DNA from: a virus
Taxonomy: Duplodnaviria; Caudoviricetes
Reading direction: 5' to 3' (one strand)
Virus record (IMG/VR): IMGVR_UViG_3300032270_001256
Location: 1-49,082 of that record
Length of the DNA: 49,082 nucleotides
How positions within the stretch are numbered: the stretch's first letter is position 1; every line of letters starts with the position of its first letter. Shown here piece by piece: positions 1-8,438 of this stretch. Under the pieces are notes generated by a model. The model was given only the letters and a program-made list of their open reading frames with translations. It searched no databases and was not told where the DNA came from. The translations under genes and the position numbers were made by a program.

Positions 1-1
1 G

Positions 2-631
2 TTTCTCAAAGAACTCAAAACTAAAAAGCTTGTGATGGTTGGGGACATCATAGACATCTATTGTATGGAGAAATACAATACCAGATGGAAACGAGAGCAC
101 ACCGAATGTGTTCATGCACTTTTGGATTTGTGTAAGAAAGGTACAGAAGTTGTTTATGTTCTTGGTAATCACGAAGGTGCTATTAGAAGGTATTGTACCT
201 TTGAACATAAGAACTTTATGATGTGCGATGAGTATGTTCACAAGGATAGTGCAGGAAATAAGTATCTCTGTACTCACGGAGATAAGCACTCTGAGTATTC
301 TTCTGGTTCTTGGAAGCAACTGATGTTCAACTGGGGTTATGAGTTTATCACACCTTTAAGTATTTGGATGGAAAGGTTCTTTCGGTTCTCTTTGGTGTAT
401 TCACTCAAAAATAGTGTAAGAGGAAAGAGTTATATTGATAAGTATGAGAATGATATTATTGGGTATTGTATTCAACAGGATAAGAAGTATGATGGGATTA
501 TCTGCGGGCACATTCATTCGGCAAACATTCGTAAGTTTGGTAAGATGACTTATATGTGTTGCGGTGATTTCGTTGATGTGTGTTCTGCGATTATAGAGAA
601 GAATGGTGTTTATTGTTTGGAGAAATACTGA
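2..631 (+). CDS. Calcineurin-like metallophosphoesterase (LpxH/UDP-2,3-diacylglucosamine hydrolase-like), 5'-truncated by the window edge
   Basis: Motifs GDIID, GNHE, HGD and GHIH; the frame is open from position 2. Confidence 0.8.
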   Translation, partial: FLKELKTKKLVMVGDIIDIYCMEKYNTRWKREHTECVHALLDLCKKGTEVVYVLGNHEGAIRRYCTFEHKNFMMCDEYVHKDSAGNKYLCTHGDKHSEYSSGSWKQLMFNWGYEFITPLSIWMERFFRFSLVYSLKNSVRGKSYIDKYENDIIGYCIQQDKKYDGIICGHIHSANIRKFGKMTYMCCGDFVDVCSAIIEKNGVYCLEKY

Positions 632-888
632 TGACTGACGAAGAGTTTCTAAAACAAACAGCAACCAAGGCAGCAAATGCTCTTCATATGCCTTTGGGTG
701 ATATTGAACCACTAAAAATGTTAGAAATGTTTTCTTACCTCCACATTCTTTTGGGTGGTGATAAAGAACTTATGATACACTGGTTGAATACTCATAATAA
801 ACATTTGGGTTTCAATCCTGCAGCACACTTGACTGATGCTCGTATGGATGATACAATAAGGTATCTTGAAGCAATGGTGGAGCACTAA
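631..888 (+). CDS. Xre/MbcA/ParS antitoxin C-terminal-like (DUF2384-like) protein
   Basis: LLGGDKELMIHWLNTHNKHLGFNPAAHL matches the G-D-x5-W-L-x-x-x-N-x-x-L-G-x-x-P pattern; ATG overlaps the upstream stop. Confidence 0.55.
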   Translation: MTDEEFLKQTATKAANALHMPLGDIEPLKMLEMFSYLHILLGGDKELMIHWLNTHNKHLGFNPAAHLTDARMDDTIRYLEAMVEH

Positions 889-1160
889 TGAGAATTTCTT
901 TACTTATTGCACACGATAAATTAAATTATCACGTAATTGGTGCCTACAAAAAGAAAGAAAAGGCACTCGATAAAGCACATAAACTAAATCAACAGAGTGA
1001 GCCACTCAATGAAAAGGACATTGAAGATATGATCTTTGATGTTACATCTTTTTATGATAATGTTTTTAAAAAGCAAATAACCAAAGAAGAAGCACTTCAA
1101 TTGATTGATGAATTTGTAAATGTAAGATATCATGTCAAAGATGTTGAGTTACACGAATGA
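888..1160 (+). CDS. Hypothetical protein
   Basis: ORF translationally coupled to its neighbours. Confidence 0.7.
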   Translation: MRISLLIAHDKLNYHVIGAYKKKEKALDKAHKLNQQSEPLNEKDIEDMIFDVTSFYDNVFKKQITKEEALQLIDEFVNVRYHVKDVELHE

Positions 1161-1312
1161 ATAAGTTTGCCGTTATCCTATCATCTCTTGTAGATGGTGC
1201 AACAGTAAGAATACAGTTTCTTGCAAATAGTTTTATGAGTGCCGAACAACTTGCAACTTATTATAAGTGTAAGAGTGTTACAATCAGTGATGTTTATGTG
1301 GAGAAACTGTGA
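1157..1312 (+). CDS. Hypothetical protein (51 aa, not in ORF track)
   Basis: ATGA/GTGA overlaps at both ends fill the gap exactly. Confidence 0.6.
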   Translation: MNKFAVILSSLVDGATVRIQFLANSFMSAEQLATYYKCKSVTISDVYVEKL

Positions 1313-1680
1313 CTTATTCTAAACCACTTTTAGGCACAAACAAAAAGAAAACCAAAATGACTTGGTTTGAGTATATCTTCACACATCTGATTCCTACTTG
1401 GTTTCAATCATTCAATGATAACTTTGTGATGTGGAGAGATCTTGTAACTGGTGATTACAAGAAGTATGTTCTTCTGAAAAATGATGATCCATTTCAAGAA
1501 TGTTATGATTGGTTTTGGTGCAGTATCAATCTTGATGAAACATATTCTAAAGAGTTTCTTGAGTATCTGATGCAGATGGTAGATGATATTGAAACTGGTA
1601 AAGAAAAAGTCTATCCAATGGATGAAGTTTTTGATAGAGTTAGAAATTTTATGGAAGATTTGAAAGAAGATGATGAATGA
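1309..1680 (+). CDS. Hypothetical cyanophage protein
   Basis: Coupled ORF, 123 aa. Confidence 0.7.
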   Translation: MTYSKPLLGTNKKKTKMTWFEYIFTHLIPTWFQSFNDNFVMWRDLVTGDYKKYVLLKNDDPFQECYDWFWCSINLDETYSKEFLEYLMQMVDDIETGKEKVYPMDEVFDRVRNFMEDLKEDDE

Positions 1681-1939
1681 AGAATACTTGACTCACGAAG
1701 AAATGCTGGAAATTGCAGAAGAACGTCAATCTATGAACGCCAAACAACTTGAAATTGATAAACAGTTTGATGACTGGTTTGAAGAGATGGAAGGATACTC
1801 TTTCCGTTATGAAAGGTTCTGGGATGACTTTGACTATGCAAAAGAGTCCAAAGACAACCGAAGTATGGTACAATGGTTGCGAACCGCCTTTGAAATGGGT
1901 TACAATGCTGGATCTAAACTTTATGGAGGAACAGAATGA
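1670..1939 (+). CDS. Hypothetical acidic protein
   Basis: Coupled ORF. Confidence 0.7.
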   Translation: MMNEEYLTHEEMLEIAEERQSMNAKQLEIDKQFDDWFEEMEGYSFRYERFWDDFDYAKESKDNRSMVQWLRTAFEMGYNAGSKLYGGTE

Positions 1940-2106
1940 ACTACGATGAAGAGTATCCTTTCAATGAGTTTCCTTGGAAGCTCGTTCACAAGGATGGCAA
2001 AGAGACGCGCAAGTGTTACTTTCAGTCTGAAGACCATATGAACAAACATATTTCCCGTTATAAATTAAATAAGAAAGATTATAAAATCGGTTATAAGTAT
2101 GAGTGA
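1936..2106 (+). CDS. Hypothetical protein (56 aa, MNYDEEYPFNEFPW..., not in track)
   Basis: GGAGG RBS and ATGA overlap. Confidence 0.7.
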   Translation: MNYDEEYPFNEFPWKLVHKDGKETRKCYFQSEDHMNKHISRYKLNKKDYKIGYKYE

Positions 2107-2311
2107 CAAACAACTAATCGACGACGCATTCTATGTTCAACAATCTGATTGGAAAACTTGGAAGAGTTATGATAAGGATGGGAAACCACTTGTTACATCT
2201 CTCACGTCCGAAAACTGTATTGCAGCAACAAGGTTTTATTGCAAAGGTCTCCAAGAAGGATTTGGAGAAGGTGCAACATCTTATGCAGGACAAGTAGATG
2301 GGAAACTTTAA
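2099..2311 (+). CDS. Hypothetical protein
   Basis: Coupled ORF. Confidence 0.7.
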   Translation: MSDKQLIDDAFYVQQSDWKTWKSYDKDGKPLVTSLTSENCIAATRFYCKGLQEGFGEGATSYAGQVDGKL

Positions 2312-2507
2312 AGCTGGAGATAATGTAAGATACCTTGGTTCTGTGGAAGAGCAGGTTAGATGGGGAAGCAATGATAATCCAAAAGGACTTCTGTTTGAAG
2401 GTGACATTTATTATGTGGAAAGAGTAGAAATACACTCTTGGCACACAAAGTTACATCTTCGTGGAGTTAGAGGTAAATTCAATAGTGTTTGCTTTGAGAG
2501 GGTATGA
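2298..2507 (+). CDS. Hypothetical small beta-rich protein
   Basis: FKAGDNVRY N-terminus; coupled ORF. Confidence 0.65.
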   Translation: MGNFKAGDNVRYLGSVEEQVRWGSNDNPKGLLFEGDIYYVERVEIHSWHTKLHLRGVRGKFNSVCFERV

Positions 2508-2641
2508 GTGATACTGACCCTACTGCACCTTGGTATGAGTTTCTATCATACTGTAGATGTTGTGAAAGCTTAAATAGACCAATAAGAATTGGTGGTTTTA
2601 TGAGATATCAAGCATACCTTCGTGAAATAGGAGTAGTCTGA
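2504..2641 (+). CDS. Hypothetical protein (45 aa, not in track)
   Basis: ATGA and TGATG overlaps. Confidence 0.6.
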   Translation: MSDTDPTAPWYEFLSYCRCCESLNRPIRIGGFMRYQAYLREIGVV

Positions 2642-2865
2642 TGTTTAGATGGATTGATGATTTTCTTAAACCTTATCAGATTTCAACATCTGATATGTCA
2701 ACTTTTGGTAAGATTGTTGCACTGGAAGCAAGAATTAAAAAACTTGAAGCAGAGAATGTAGAACTCACAAACTGTTTGTATGAAGTTGAAAACAGACTAC
2801 AAGCACAGATTGACAATATCCATCCAGTCACTTATAATCTTAATAACTACACGCTTGATAAGTAA
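2641..2865 (+). CDS. Hypothetical coiled-coil protein
   Basis: GGAG RBS; heptad-like LEARIKKLEAENVELTNCLYEVENRL. Confidence 0.65.
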   Translation: MFRWIDDFLKPYQISTSDMSTFGKIVALEARIKKLEAENVELTNCLYEVENRLQAQIDNIHPVTYNLNNYTLDK

Positions 2866-2866
2866 A

Positions 2867-3052
2867 ATGGTTTATGAATTGTTGAGTGAATTTGAACGTG
2901 CTCTTGCCCGCTTTGGTGATAAGGTGGGTCTGATTGCTGGAATGGAAATCTCTGATAAAATTACACCAGAAGAAGCATACCAGATGATCAAAGATGAATA
3001 TAAGGAACTTAAAGCACTTCGTAAAGTTGAAAAGAAAACTTGGGAGGACTGA
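2867..3052 (+). CDS. Hypothetical protein
   Basis: ATG just after the upstream stop. Confidence 0.65.
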   Translation: MVYELLSEFERALARFGDKVGLIAGMEISDKITPEEAYQMIKDEYKELKALRKVEKKTWED

Positions 3053-3237
3053 TGGAAGACTCACTTAAGATTGTTGAAAATGCCGATGGTACATTCTCAA
3101 TGGAATGGGATAAGCAAGATCCTAACTGGTCGTGGTTGAATGGATTGACATCCAAAGAAATACAAATCATTGTAGAACAAGCAATTAAAGATCAATTACA
3201 ACCTAATGAAAATGAAGGGAATAACGATCCACGATAA
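3052..3237 (+). CDS. Hypothetical protein
   Basis: GGAGG RBS and TGATG overlap. Confidence 0.65.
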   Translation: MEDSLKIVENADGTFSMEWDKQDPNWSWLNGLTSKEIQIIVEQAIKDQLQPNENEGNNDPR

Positions 3238-3754
3238 TTTCTTATCAAAAGAAGATCAAGACTTTGTTATGGAACATTGTGGTGAAGCTCCCTATTTTTC
3301 TGGAATAACTGATAACCCAGATACTCCTGCAACTGGAATGTATAGTCCAATATATGAAAAGGATGCTGTTGTCAATCAATTAAAAGTTACAGAAACATAT
3401 AATCCTAATAGGGTGTATAATCTGTTTCATTCAAGAGTGATGAGAGAATTTTCATCATCAGTGGGGAATATGAGACTTGGTGAAATGTATGTGAATAGTT
3501 TTGCACCAACAGAAATTCCATATTTTCACTTTGATATTGATGAGCATAATGAAGGACGAACCTTTCTTTATTATGCAAATAGAGAATGGCATATGAACGA
3601 TGGGGGAGAGACCCAATTTTTAATTGATGATGAACTGTATGGTGTATTGCCAATTCCAAATCGTCTGGTGATATTTGATGCAAAAATCCTACACCGAGCA
3701 ACATCATTTAGAAATAGATACCGATTTACTGTAGCAATGCGATATTCCACTTGA
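3206..3754 (+). CDS. 2OG-Fe(II) oxygenase
   Basis: HxD (HFD), GGET, distal H (LHRAT) and RFT 2OG-binding motif; family common in cyanomyoviruses. Confidence 0.85.
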   Translation: MKMKGITIHDNFLSKEDQDFVMEHCGEAPYFSGITDNPDTPATGMYSPIYEKDAVVNQLKVTETYNPNRVYNLFHSRVMREFSSSVGNMRLGEMYVNSFAPTEIPYFHFDIDEHNEGRTFLYYANREWHMNDGGETQFLIDDELYGVLPIPNRLVIFDAKILHRATSFRNRYRFTVAMRYST

Positions 3755-3779
3755 CTTTCAAACGAATATATCTTATAAT
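3751..3779 (+). promoter_or_regulatory. Sigma70-type promoter
   Basis: TTGACT-17 bp-TATAAT. Confidence 0.75.
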
Positions 3780-3802
3780 TCTCTTACAACACTCTAAAAA
3801 CC

Positions 3803-4411
3803 GTGACTGACTACAAGAAATATGCCTTAGGGCAAGTTGAGAACTTTCTGTACGATGCGATGAGTACAGATGCAACACCACAAGAAATCTATGATGTGAT
3901 TAAAGGTGTTGTTGAAGATAACTATGCAGTTTATACCAAATCAGCAAATCAGGCAAAAGAACTTCTCGATCTTTTGAATGGTAATGGTAATGGTCATTTG
4001 ACTTGTGATAAAGATGACCCATCAGAAGAATGTAAGAAGTCTTGGACTGATTTTTGGGAAAATCAACAATATACTGATGAAGAACTGGATGCAATGTGTG
4101 CTGCTGCAACTTCAGCAAAAAAAGGTAAAGTAAATAAATGGATTCTTCCTGTTGAAGAAACTAAAGACGCAGATACTGACGAAATAGAATACTTCATCAC
4201 TTTCCCCGATGATTTGTTGGAAGCAGCAGATCTTAAAGAAGGTAATCAAGTTGAGTGGATTGATCAAGGTGATGGTTCTTATTTGTTAAAAAAAGTAAAA
4301 GAACCATCTTGGGTAAAGGGTAATGAGCTTGCAAGAGTTAAAACCTATCAAGAAATGATTGATGATGGTTGGACTATGACTGATGATGGATTTTGGATTA
4401 AGGAGAACTAA
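3803..4411 (+). CDS. Protein with a C-terminal AbrB/MazE/SpoVT-like DNA-binding domain
   Basis: YFITFPDDLLEAADLKEGNQVEWIDQGDGSYLLKK fits the swapped-hairpin pattern. Confidence 0.6.
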   Translation: MTDYKKYALGQVENFLYDAMSTDATPQEIYDVIKGVVEDNYAVYTKSANQAKELLDLLNGNGNGHLTCDKDDPSEECKKSWTDFWENQQYTDEELDAMCAAATSAKKGKVNKWILPVEETKDADTDEIEYFITFPDDLLEAADLKEGNQVEWIDQGDGSYLLKKVKEPSWVKGNELARVKTYQEMIDDGWTMTDDGFWIKEN

Positions 4412-4413
4412 TT

Positions 4414-4668
4414 ATGAACAGCGACAGACTTATTCACCCAAAATACCCCGTTCTTAGTTGGTTGAGAATTGTTGGAAACGTATTTTTTATCTTTGGATAC
4501 GCAGTAATTCTATTCAACAGTGTTGAAATTGGAATTTATTGCCGTTTATTTGGAAATGTGGTTTCTTTCCCATACTTTTATAAAGTAAAAATGTGGGATA
4601 TGATGACAATCCGCACATTCTTTGCTATTATTGAACTGACAAAACTTATTCAAATTTTATTTTTTTAA
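4414..4668 (+). CDS. Small membrane protein
   Basis: Several hydrophobic segments; GGAG RBS. Confidence 0.65.
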   Translation: MNSDRLIHPKYPVLSWLRIVGNVFFIFGYAVILFNSVEIGIYCRLFGNVVSFPYFYKVKMWDMMTIRTFFAIIELTKLIQILFF

Positions 4669-4670
4669 TT

Positions 4671-4895
4671 ATGGCACTGGGAACACAAGTAGAAGAATCG
4701 CTTAAAGAAGCAGAGGCAAGTCTGAGGAATGCATTATCTTATGCGGCAAGAACTGAACGACCAATGGTCTGTAGTGTAATTGCTGATTTGATTCATCGTA
4801 TTGAATCTGTGATGAGTACAGATTCTCTGTTGGATAAACTGGAGAATCGCAAGCCTGGAAGCAGTGGTGACTTTGGAGCATTTTTTAATGATTGA
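4671..4895 (+). CDS. Hypothetical cyanophage protein
   Basis: ORF of 74 aa in the operon. Confidence 0.7.
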   Translation: MALGTQVEESLKEAEASLRNALSYAARTERPMVCSVIADLIHRIESVMSTDSLLDKLENRKPGSSGDFGAFFND

Positions 4896-5280
4896 TAATA
4901 ATCACGCAAGTGGTCCTGCATCTGGATATATTGAACCCAAACCTAAAGGGACTGAAGGAGTATCTGCGACTGAACAAGCAAATAAACTTGGCAAAACACT
5001 TGAAGACTGGTGGAACTCTGATGCTTCTAAGGCAATTCAGAAAGAAAGTCAAGAATATCTTGAAAGAGCAGTAGGAAAGTATTATATGCTCCCTGATAAG
5101 GATAAGTATGATATGGTTCAGGCAATTTGCCACATTATGTGTAAGGCAGAGAAAGAAGGGACCAGTCATCGTGGTTTGATGGATAAACTTGGCATCTATC
5201 CTGAAGGGTTCTGGATCTCTGAGTTGATGACCGTTCATAATGCACTATGGACCGAGTTTAAGAGTGTTACAAAAGATTGA
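4888..5280 (+). CDS. Hypothetical protein
   Basis: ATG with upstream GGAG. Confidence 0.65.
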   Translation: MIDNNHASGPASGYIEPKPKGTEGVSATEQANKLGKTLEDWWNSDASKAIQKESQEYLERAVGKYYMLPDKDKYDMVQAICHIMCKAEKEGTSHRGLMDKLGIYPEGFWISELMTVHNALWTEFKSVTKD

Positions 5281-5359
5281 GCAATCCCGAAGAGAATATT
5301 AAGTTTCTACATAGTGGTGGATATAGGTGTTAAAATCAACACAATCATATTTGGGACTT

Positions 5360-5557
5360 ATGACTCTCTCCAGAACAGGCACAGAACACCTCACAACCGA
5401 AGAATGGAATGAGTTAAATGCTCTCAGAGAGGCTATTAACTACGATCCTCATACTGTAACACCCGAAAAAATGGAGAAATTTACCGAACTTATGGTAAGA
5501 TCTCTTGAAGGTAAGGGTGATCCTGTATCGGTACAAACAAAACCGAGCAATTATTAA
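5360..5557 (+). CDS. Hypothetical protein
   Basis: ATG after GGGA; ORF. Confidence 0.6.
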   Translation: MTLSRTGTEHLTTEEWNELNALREAINYDPHTVTPEKMEKFTELMVRSLEGKGDPVSVQTKPSNY

Positions 5558-5587
5558 AATAAATATTACAACATTTTAGCAAGACCT

Positions 5588-5800
5588 ATGGACACCATAG
5601 ATCAACACATTCAAAAAGACGTTGAAATCTTGAATGATCCAATGATATCACCACAGTCAAGAAGACATACTCAAGAAGAGCTATCAGCATTAGAATCATA
5701 TAAAACAAATCATCCTGATGATACTCACGATCCAACAGCACTGGAACTGTACTGTGATGCCAATCCTGACGCATTAGAGTGTAGATTGTACGAAGACTAA
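5588..5800 (+). CDS. cp12: CP12 Calvin-cycle inhibitor (auxiliary metabolic gene)
   Basis: C-terminal DPTALELYCDANPDALECRLYED is the CP12 signature. Confidence 0.9.
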   Translation: MDTIDQHIQKDVEILNDPMISPQSRRHTQEELSALESYKTNHPDDTHDPTALELYCDANPDALECRLYED

Positions 5801-5856
5801 GACAGTTTCTGAAGTGGCACACAGGGGCGCACAGAACCCTCTGAGTGCCTTATAAT
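5798..5856 (+). promoter_or_regulatory. Palindrome + promoter element, copy 1
   Basis: taaGACAGT-ttctga-AGTGGCACA (5798-5821), 29 bp, TATAAT (5851). Confidence 0.75.
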
Positions 5857-5862
5857 ATAAAA

Positions 5863-6021
5863 ATGATGAACTTCGTTTCTGGTACTATTTTTGGAATTGT
5901 GGTTTCCACCATCGGATTTGCACCAGTTGCAACTCTTCTTGATGGTGCGATGCTCAATCTGAAAAAAAGTACCATCGAAATGAATGCTCCACAACCATTG
6001 CAACTTCCTCCTGCACAATGA
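5863..6021 (+). CDS. Small hydrophobic protein (52 aa, not in track), probably leaderless
   Basis: ATG 7 bp after TATAAT; hydrophobic N-terminus. Confidence 0.6.
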   Translation: MMNFVSGTIFGIVVSTIGFAPVATLLDGAMLNLKKSTIEMNAPQPLQLPPAQ

Positions 6022-6437
6022 AACAATTACTGTTGCTTCTTCCACTGACTATTCTATCTGTTCCTGCTCCCGTACAGGCACAGCAAGTCAATCTTTATCA
6101 AGTCTGTACAAATTACCAGGAAAGCTATGCACCTGGTTATTATGATCGGGACGGTAACTACAGGCAAGGAAATGTGGGCACAAATGCCTATAATACCCAG
6201 TGTGGATCTAGTGGTTACAATCGTAGAATTGCTCAACAGCAGAGGATCTGTAATCCAGAGGCAGGTGCATTGCTAGGTGCAGGTATTGCAGGAGCAATTG
6301 TGGGTGGTGATACCTACAATTACAGTGAGAGTTATTATAATAATGGTAGTTCTGGTGGGCAGAGTGGTCGCTACAGCAGCAACAACTATTGGAGGTCGCT
6401 AGGAGCGGGTCTGGGAGCACTGATGTTCGGGTGCTGA
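6018..6437 (+). CDS. Secreted/membrane protein with glycine-zipper motifs
   Basis: Signal peptide ending AQA; GALLGAGIAGAIVG and LGAGLGALMFG. Confidence 0.7.
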   Translation: MKQLLLLLPLTILSVPAPVQAQQVNLYQVCTNYQESYAPGYYDRDGNYRQGNVGTNAYNTQCGSSGYNRRIAQQQRICNPEAGALLGAGIAGAIVGGDTYNYSESYYNNGSSGGQSGRYSSNNYWRSLGAGLGALMFGC

Positions 6438-6493
6438 TCCAGTTCCTAAACTGGCACACAGGGCACTCCAGACGCCTCTGGATGCCCTATAAT
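6435..6493 (+). promoter_or_regulatory. Palindrome + promoter element, copy 2
   Basis: TGatCCAGT-tcctaa-ACTGGCACA (6435-6458), 29 bp, TATAAT (6488). Confidence 0.75.
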
Positions 6494-6514
6494 AAGCACA
6501 TACGCAATCAACCG

Positions 6515-6865
6515 ATGACTGCCACCTTCGCTGACTACGCTGCCCAGCAAACCGCCCGTAACACCATTCAGTTGAATGTTGTTAAGTATGGTCTGATGCT
6601 GTGTGATGCTCTCATTCAAGATGCTCCTGATGGTTATGGTTACGAACTTAATTCTTCGGGCACAAAGTATCACAAAATCTTTATGTGCATTGATGGTCGT
6701 CGTGATAGCATTCATTGCTTCATTGATAAAAAGACTGGTGAAGTCTACAAACCTGCCAGTCTTAAAGCACCTGCCAAAGGTGTTCGTTATGATCTTCGTT
6801 TGATTGAGCAACGTGAATGGTTGCTTGAGAATGCCGATTGGGCAGGTGGTTATCTTTACAAGTAA
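6515..6865 (+). CDS. Conserved phage early protein (FIDKKTGEVYKPAS..APAKGVRY motif)
   Basis: First ATG downstream of the promoter; motif recurrent in large phages. Confidence 0.7.
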   Translation: MTATFADYAAQQTARNTIQLNVVKYGLMLCDALIQDAPDGYGYELNSSGTKYHKIFMCIDGRRDSIHCFIDKKTGEVYKPASLKAPAKGVRYDLRLIEQREWLLENADWAGGYLYK

Positions 6866-6870
6866 TGAAT

Positions 6871-7005
6871 ATGACGACAACTGATAAACTCATTTTCATT
6901 TCATCCTTCGTTTGGTTTCTTCACTGGTCATGCAATCTTTCATTGAAATTAGTGGATATGGTTATCGCAAACGGGTCTGTACGGATGTTACCACTTGGTT
7001 TCTGA
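6871..7005 (+). CDS. Small hydrophobic protein (44 aa) overlapping the next gene
   Basis: MTTTDKLIFISSFVWFLHW...; starts right after the upstream stop. Confidence 0.4.
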   Translation: MTTTDKLIFISSFVWFLHWSCNLSLKLVDMVIANGSVRMLPLGF

Positions 7006-7409
7006 ATAAGTTTCTGCCACGCCATCATCTTTACGTTGAAATTGTGCATCGTGGTCTGAAACGTGAATTGGTTTATGGATGGTGTGACTATACTGGCGAA
7101 TCCTATCGTCCTCGTGAGTTTTTGATTGAATTGGATACTTGGATGCCTGAGGAATTGTACATTAAAACTCTGTTGCACGAATTGGTACATTTACGTCAGT
7201 GGGTGACTGGTACTCTTCGTGCAAAGCGTGGGAAGAGGTATTACAATTCTGTAAATGTGGAAGAGCTTGATTATGAAGATCAGCCGCACGAAATAGAGGC
7301 ACGGGAACAGGAGGTGATTCTATATGCAGAATATATGAATGAGACCAGTACTGTGCCAGTATCACAAGTGGCACACTGGTTCCCCAATCGCCTGCTGAAT
7401 GCAGTATAA
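6930..7409 (+). CDS. Zincin-like (HEXXH) metallopeptidase
   Basis: LLHELVHLRQW and downstream PHEIEAR. Confidence 0.75.
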   Translation: MQSFIEISGYGYRKRVCTDVTTWFLNKFLPRHHLYVEIVHRGLKRELVYGWCDYTGESYRPREFLIELDTWMPEELYIKTLLHELVHLRQWVTGTLRAKRGKRYYNSVNVEELDYEDQPHEIEAREQEVILYAEYMNETSTVPVSQVAHWFPNRLLNAV

Positions 7410-7410
7410 T
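7352..7410 (+). promoter_or_regulatory. Palindrome + promoter element, copy 3
   Basis: TGTGCCAGT-atcaca-AGTGGCACA (7352-7375), 29 bp, TATAAT (7405). Confidence 0.8.
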
Positions 7411-7433
7411 AACAAGGTAATCAAACAAATTCA

Positions 7434-8000
7434 ATGACTACCACAACCGACAGCATTAAAAATGCTTCAACAGCAGAAATGATTGAAATTTTACTTGCAG
7501 TGTTGAAGTGGTTTAATGATAAAGGTCTAGGTAATCCATTTAACTATAATCGGGCAATTGAGTTCATTCAGACGGAAATTTTGGGATATGTTCTTACAAA
7601 AGTTGGTGGTGGGAGTGATGGAGTGCAAATTGGGTTCCCAAATAGCAGTATGGAGGGTAAAGCAACTAAATTTTTAGGATTTGATAAGAAGGGGCGGGAA
7701 AAAAGTCATAGTTTCAATTATAATGGAACTTCTAGAATGCCCACCATTGAAGAGCAGGAAGTATATTGTAGGAATAAAATTATGAGGGATGAGTTTCATT
7801 ACTGGACTATTATTGATTACACAGAAGGAAAGTTGGTTAAGACCATTAAAGTTAAAAATACTGATGTGTGGAATCTTATTTGGCCCAAATGGAAAGACTC
7901 GTTTTATAAACCCAATGCTGCTGATCCTAGAATTGGCGGATCAATTTCAACAAATGATTTGAAGAAGGCAGGCATTGATTATGAAGTGATTACTCATTGA
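7434..8000 (+). CDS. Putative PD-(D/E)xK nuclease (possible type II restriction endonuclease)
   Basis: GGGSDG...SMEGKAT fits D...ExK spacing; lies near a methyltransferase gene. Confidence 0.45.
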   Translation: MTTTTDSIKNASTAEMIEILLAVLKWFNDKGLGNPFNYNRAIEFIQTEILGYVLTKVGGGSDGVQIGFPNSSMEGKATKFLGFDKKGREKSHSFNYNGTSRMPTIEEQEVYCRNKIMRDEFHYWTIIDYTEGKLVKTIKVKNTDVWNLIWPKWKDSFYKPNAADPRIGGSISTNDLKKAGIDYEVITH

Positions 8001-8028
8001 TTGTATGCTATAATGAAAGGTGAATGTT

Positions 8029-8036
8029 TATAAATA
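8029..8036 (+). promoter_or_regulatory. T4-type late promoter inside a stem-loop upstream of the HNH gene
   Basis: TATAAATA; inverted repeat 8016-8026/8044-8054. Confidence 0.65.
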
Positions 8037-8060
8037 ACTATAGCATTCATCTTTTTAACA

Positions 8061-8438
8061 ATGAGTAGAGATTTAGAAAAGAAAAGAGAATATGATCGTA
8101 AAAGGTGGCAAGATAAAAAAGATCATTGTAGTAAAACTCATGCAGAATGGAGAAAAAATAATTTAGAACAAAGAGCGGAGGCACAGAGAAAAGCAAACAG
8201 GAAAAAGTGGGACTACATTGATAGTCACAAACCTGAAACTTGTCCCTCTTGTGATAACTCACTCCCACCATATTGCATGGACTTTCATCACATTGACCCA
8301 TCAAAAAAGTCATTTCAGTTGGCACAAGCAACTCACAAATCTTATGCTATGATTGATGAAGAAATCAAAAAATGTGTGGTGCTATGTGCCTGCTGCCACC
8401 GCAAACTTCACAAAGGAGACATAACCCTTGACTATTGA
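8061..8438 (+). CDS. HNH endonuclease (homing type, Zn-binding)
   Basis: CPSC...DFHHIDP...KCVVLCACCHRKLH; basic N-terminus. Confidence 0.85.
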   Translation: MSRDLEKKREYDRKRWQDKKDHCSKTHAEWRKNNLEQRAEAQRKANRKKWDYIDSHKPETCPSCDNSLPPYCMDFHHIDPSKKSFQLAQATHKSYAMIDEEIKKCVVLCACCHRKLHKGDITLDY

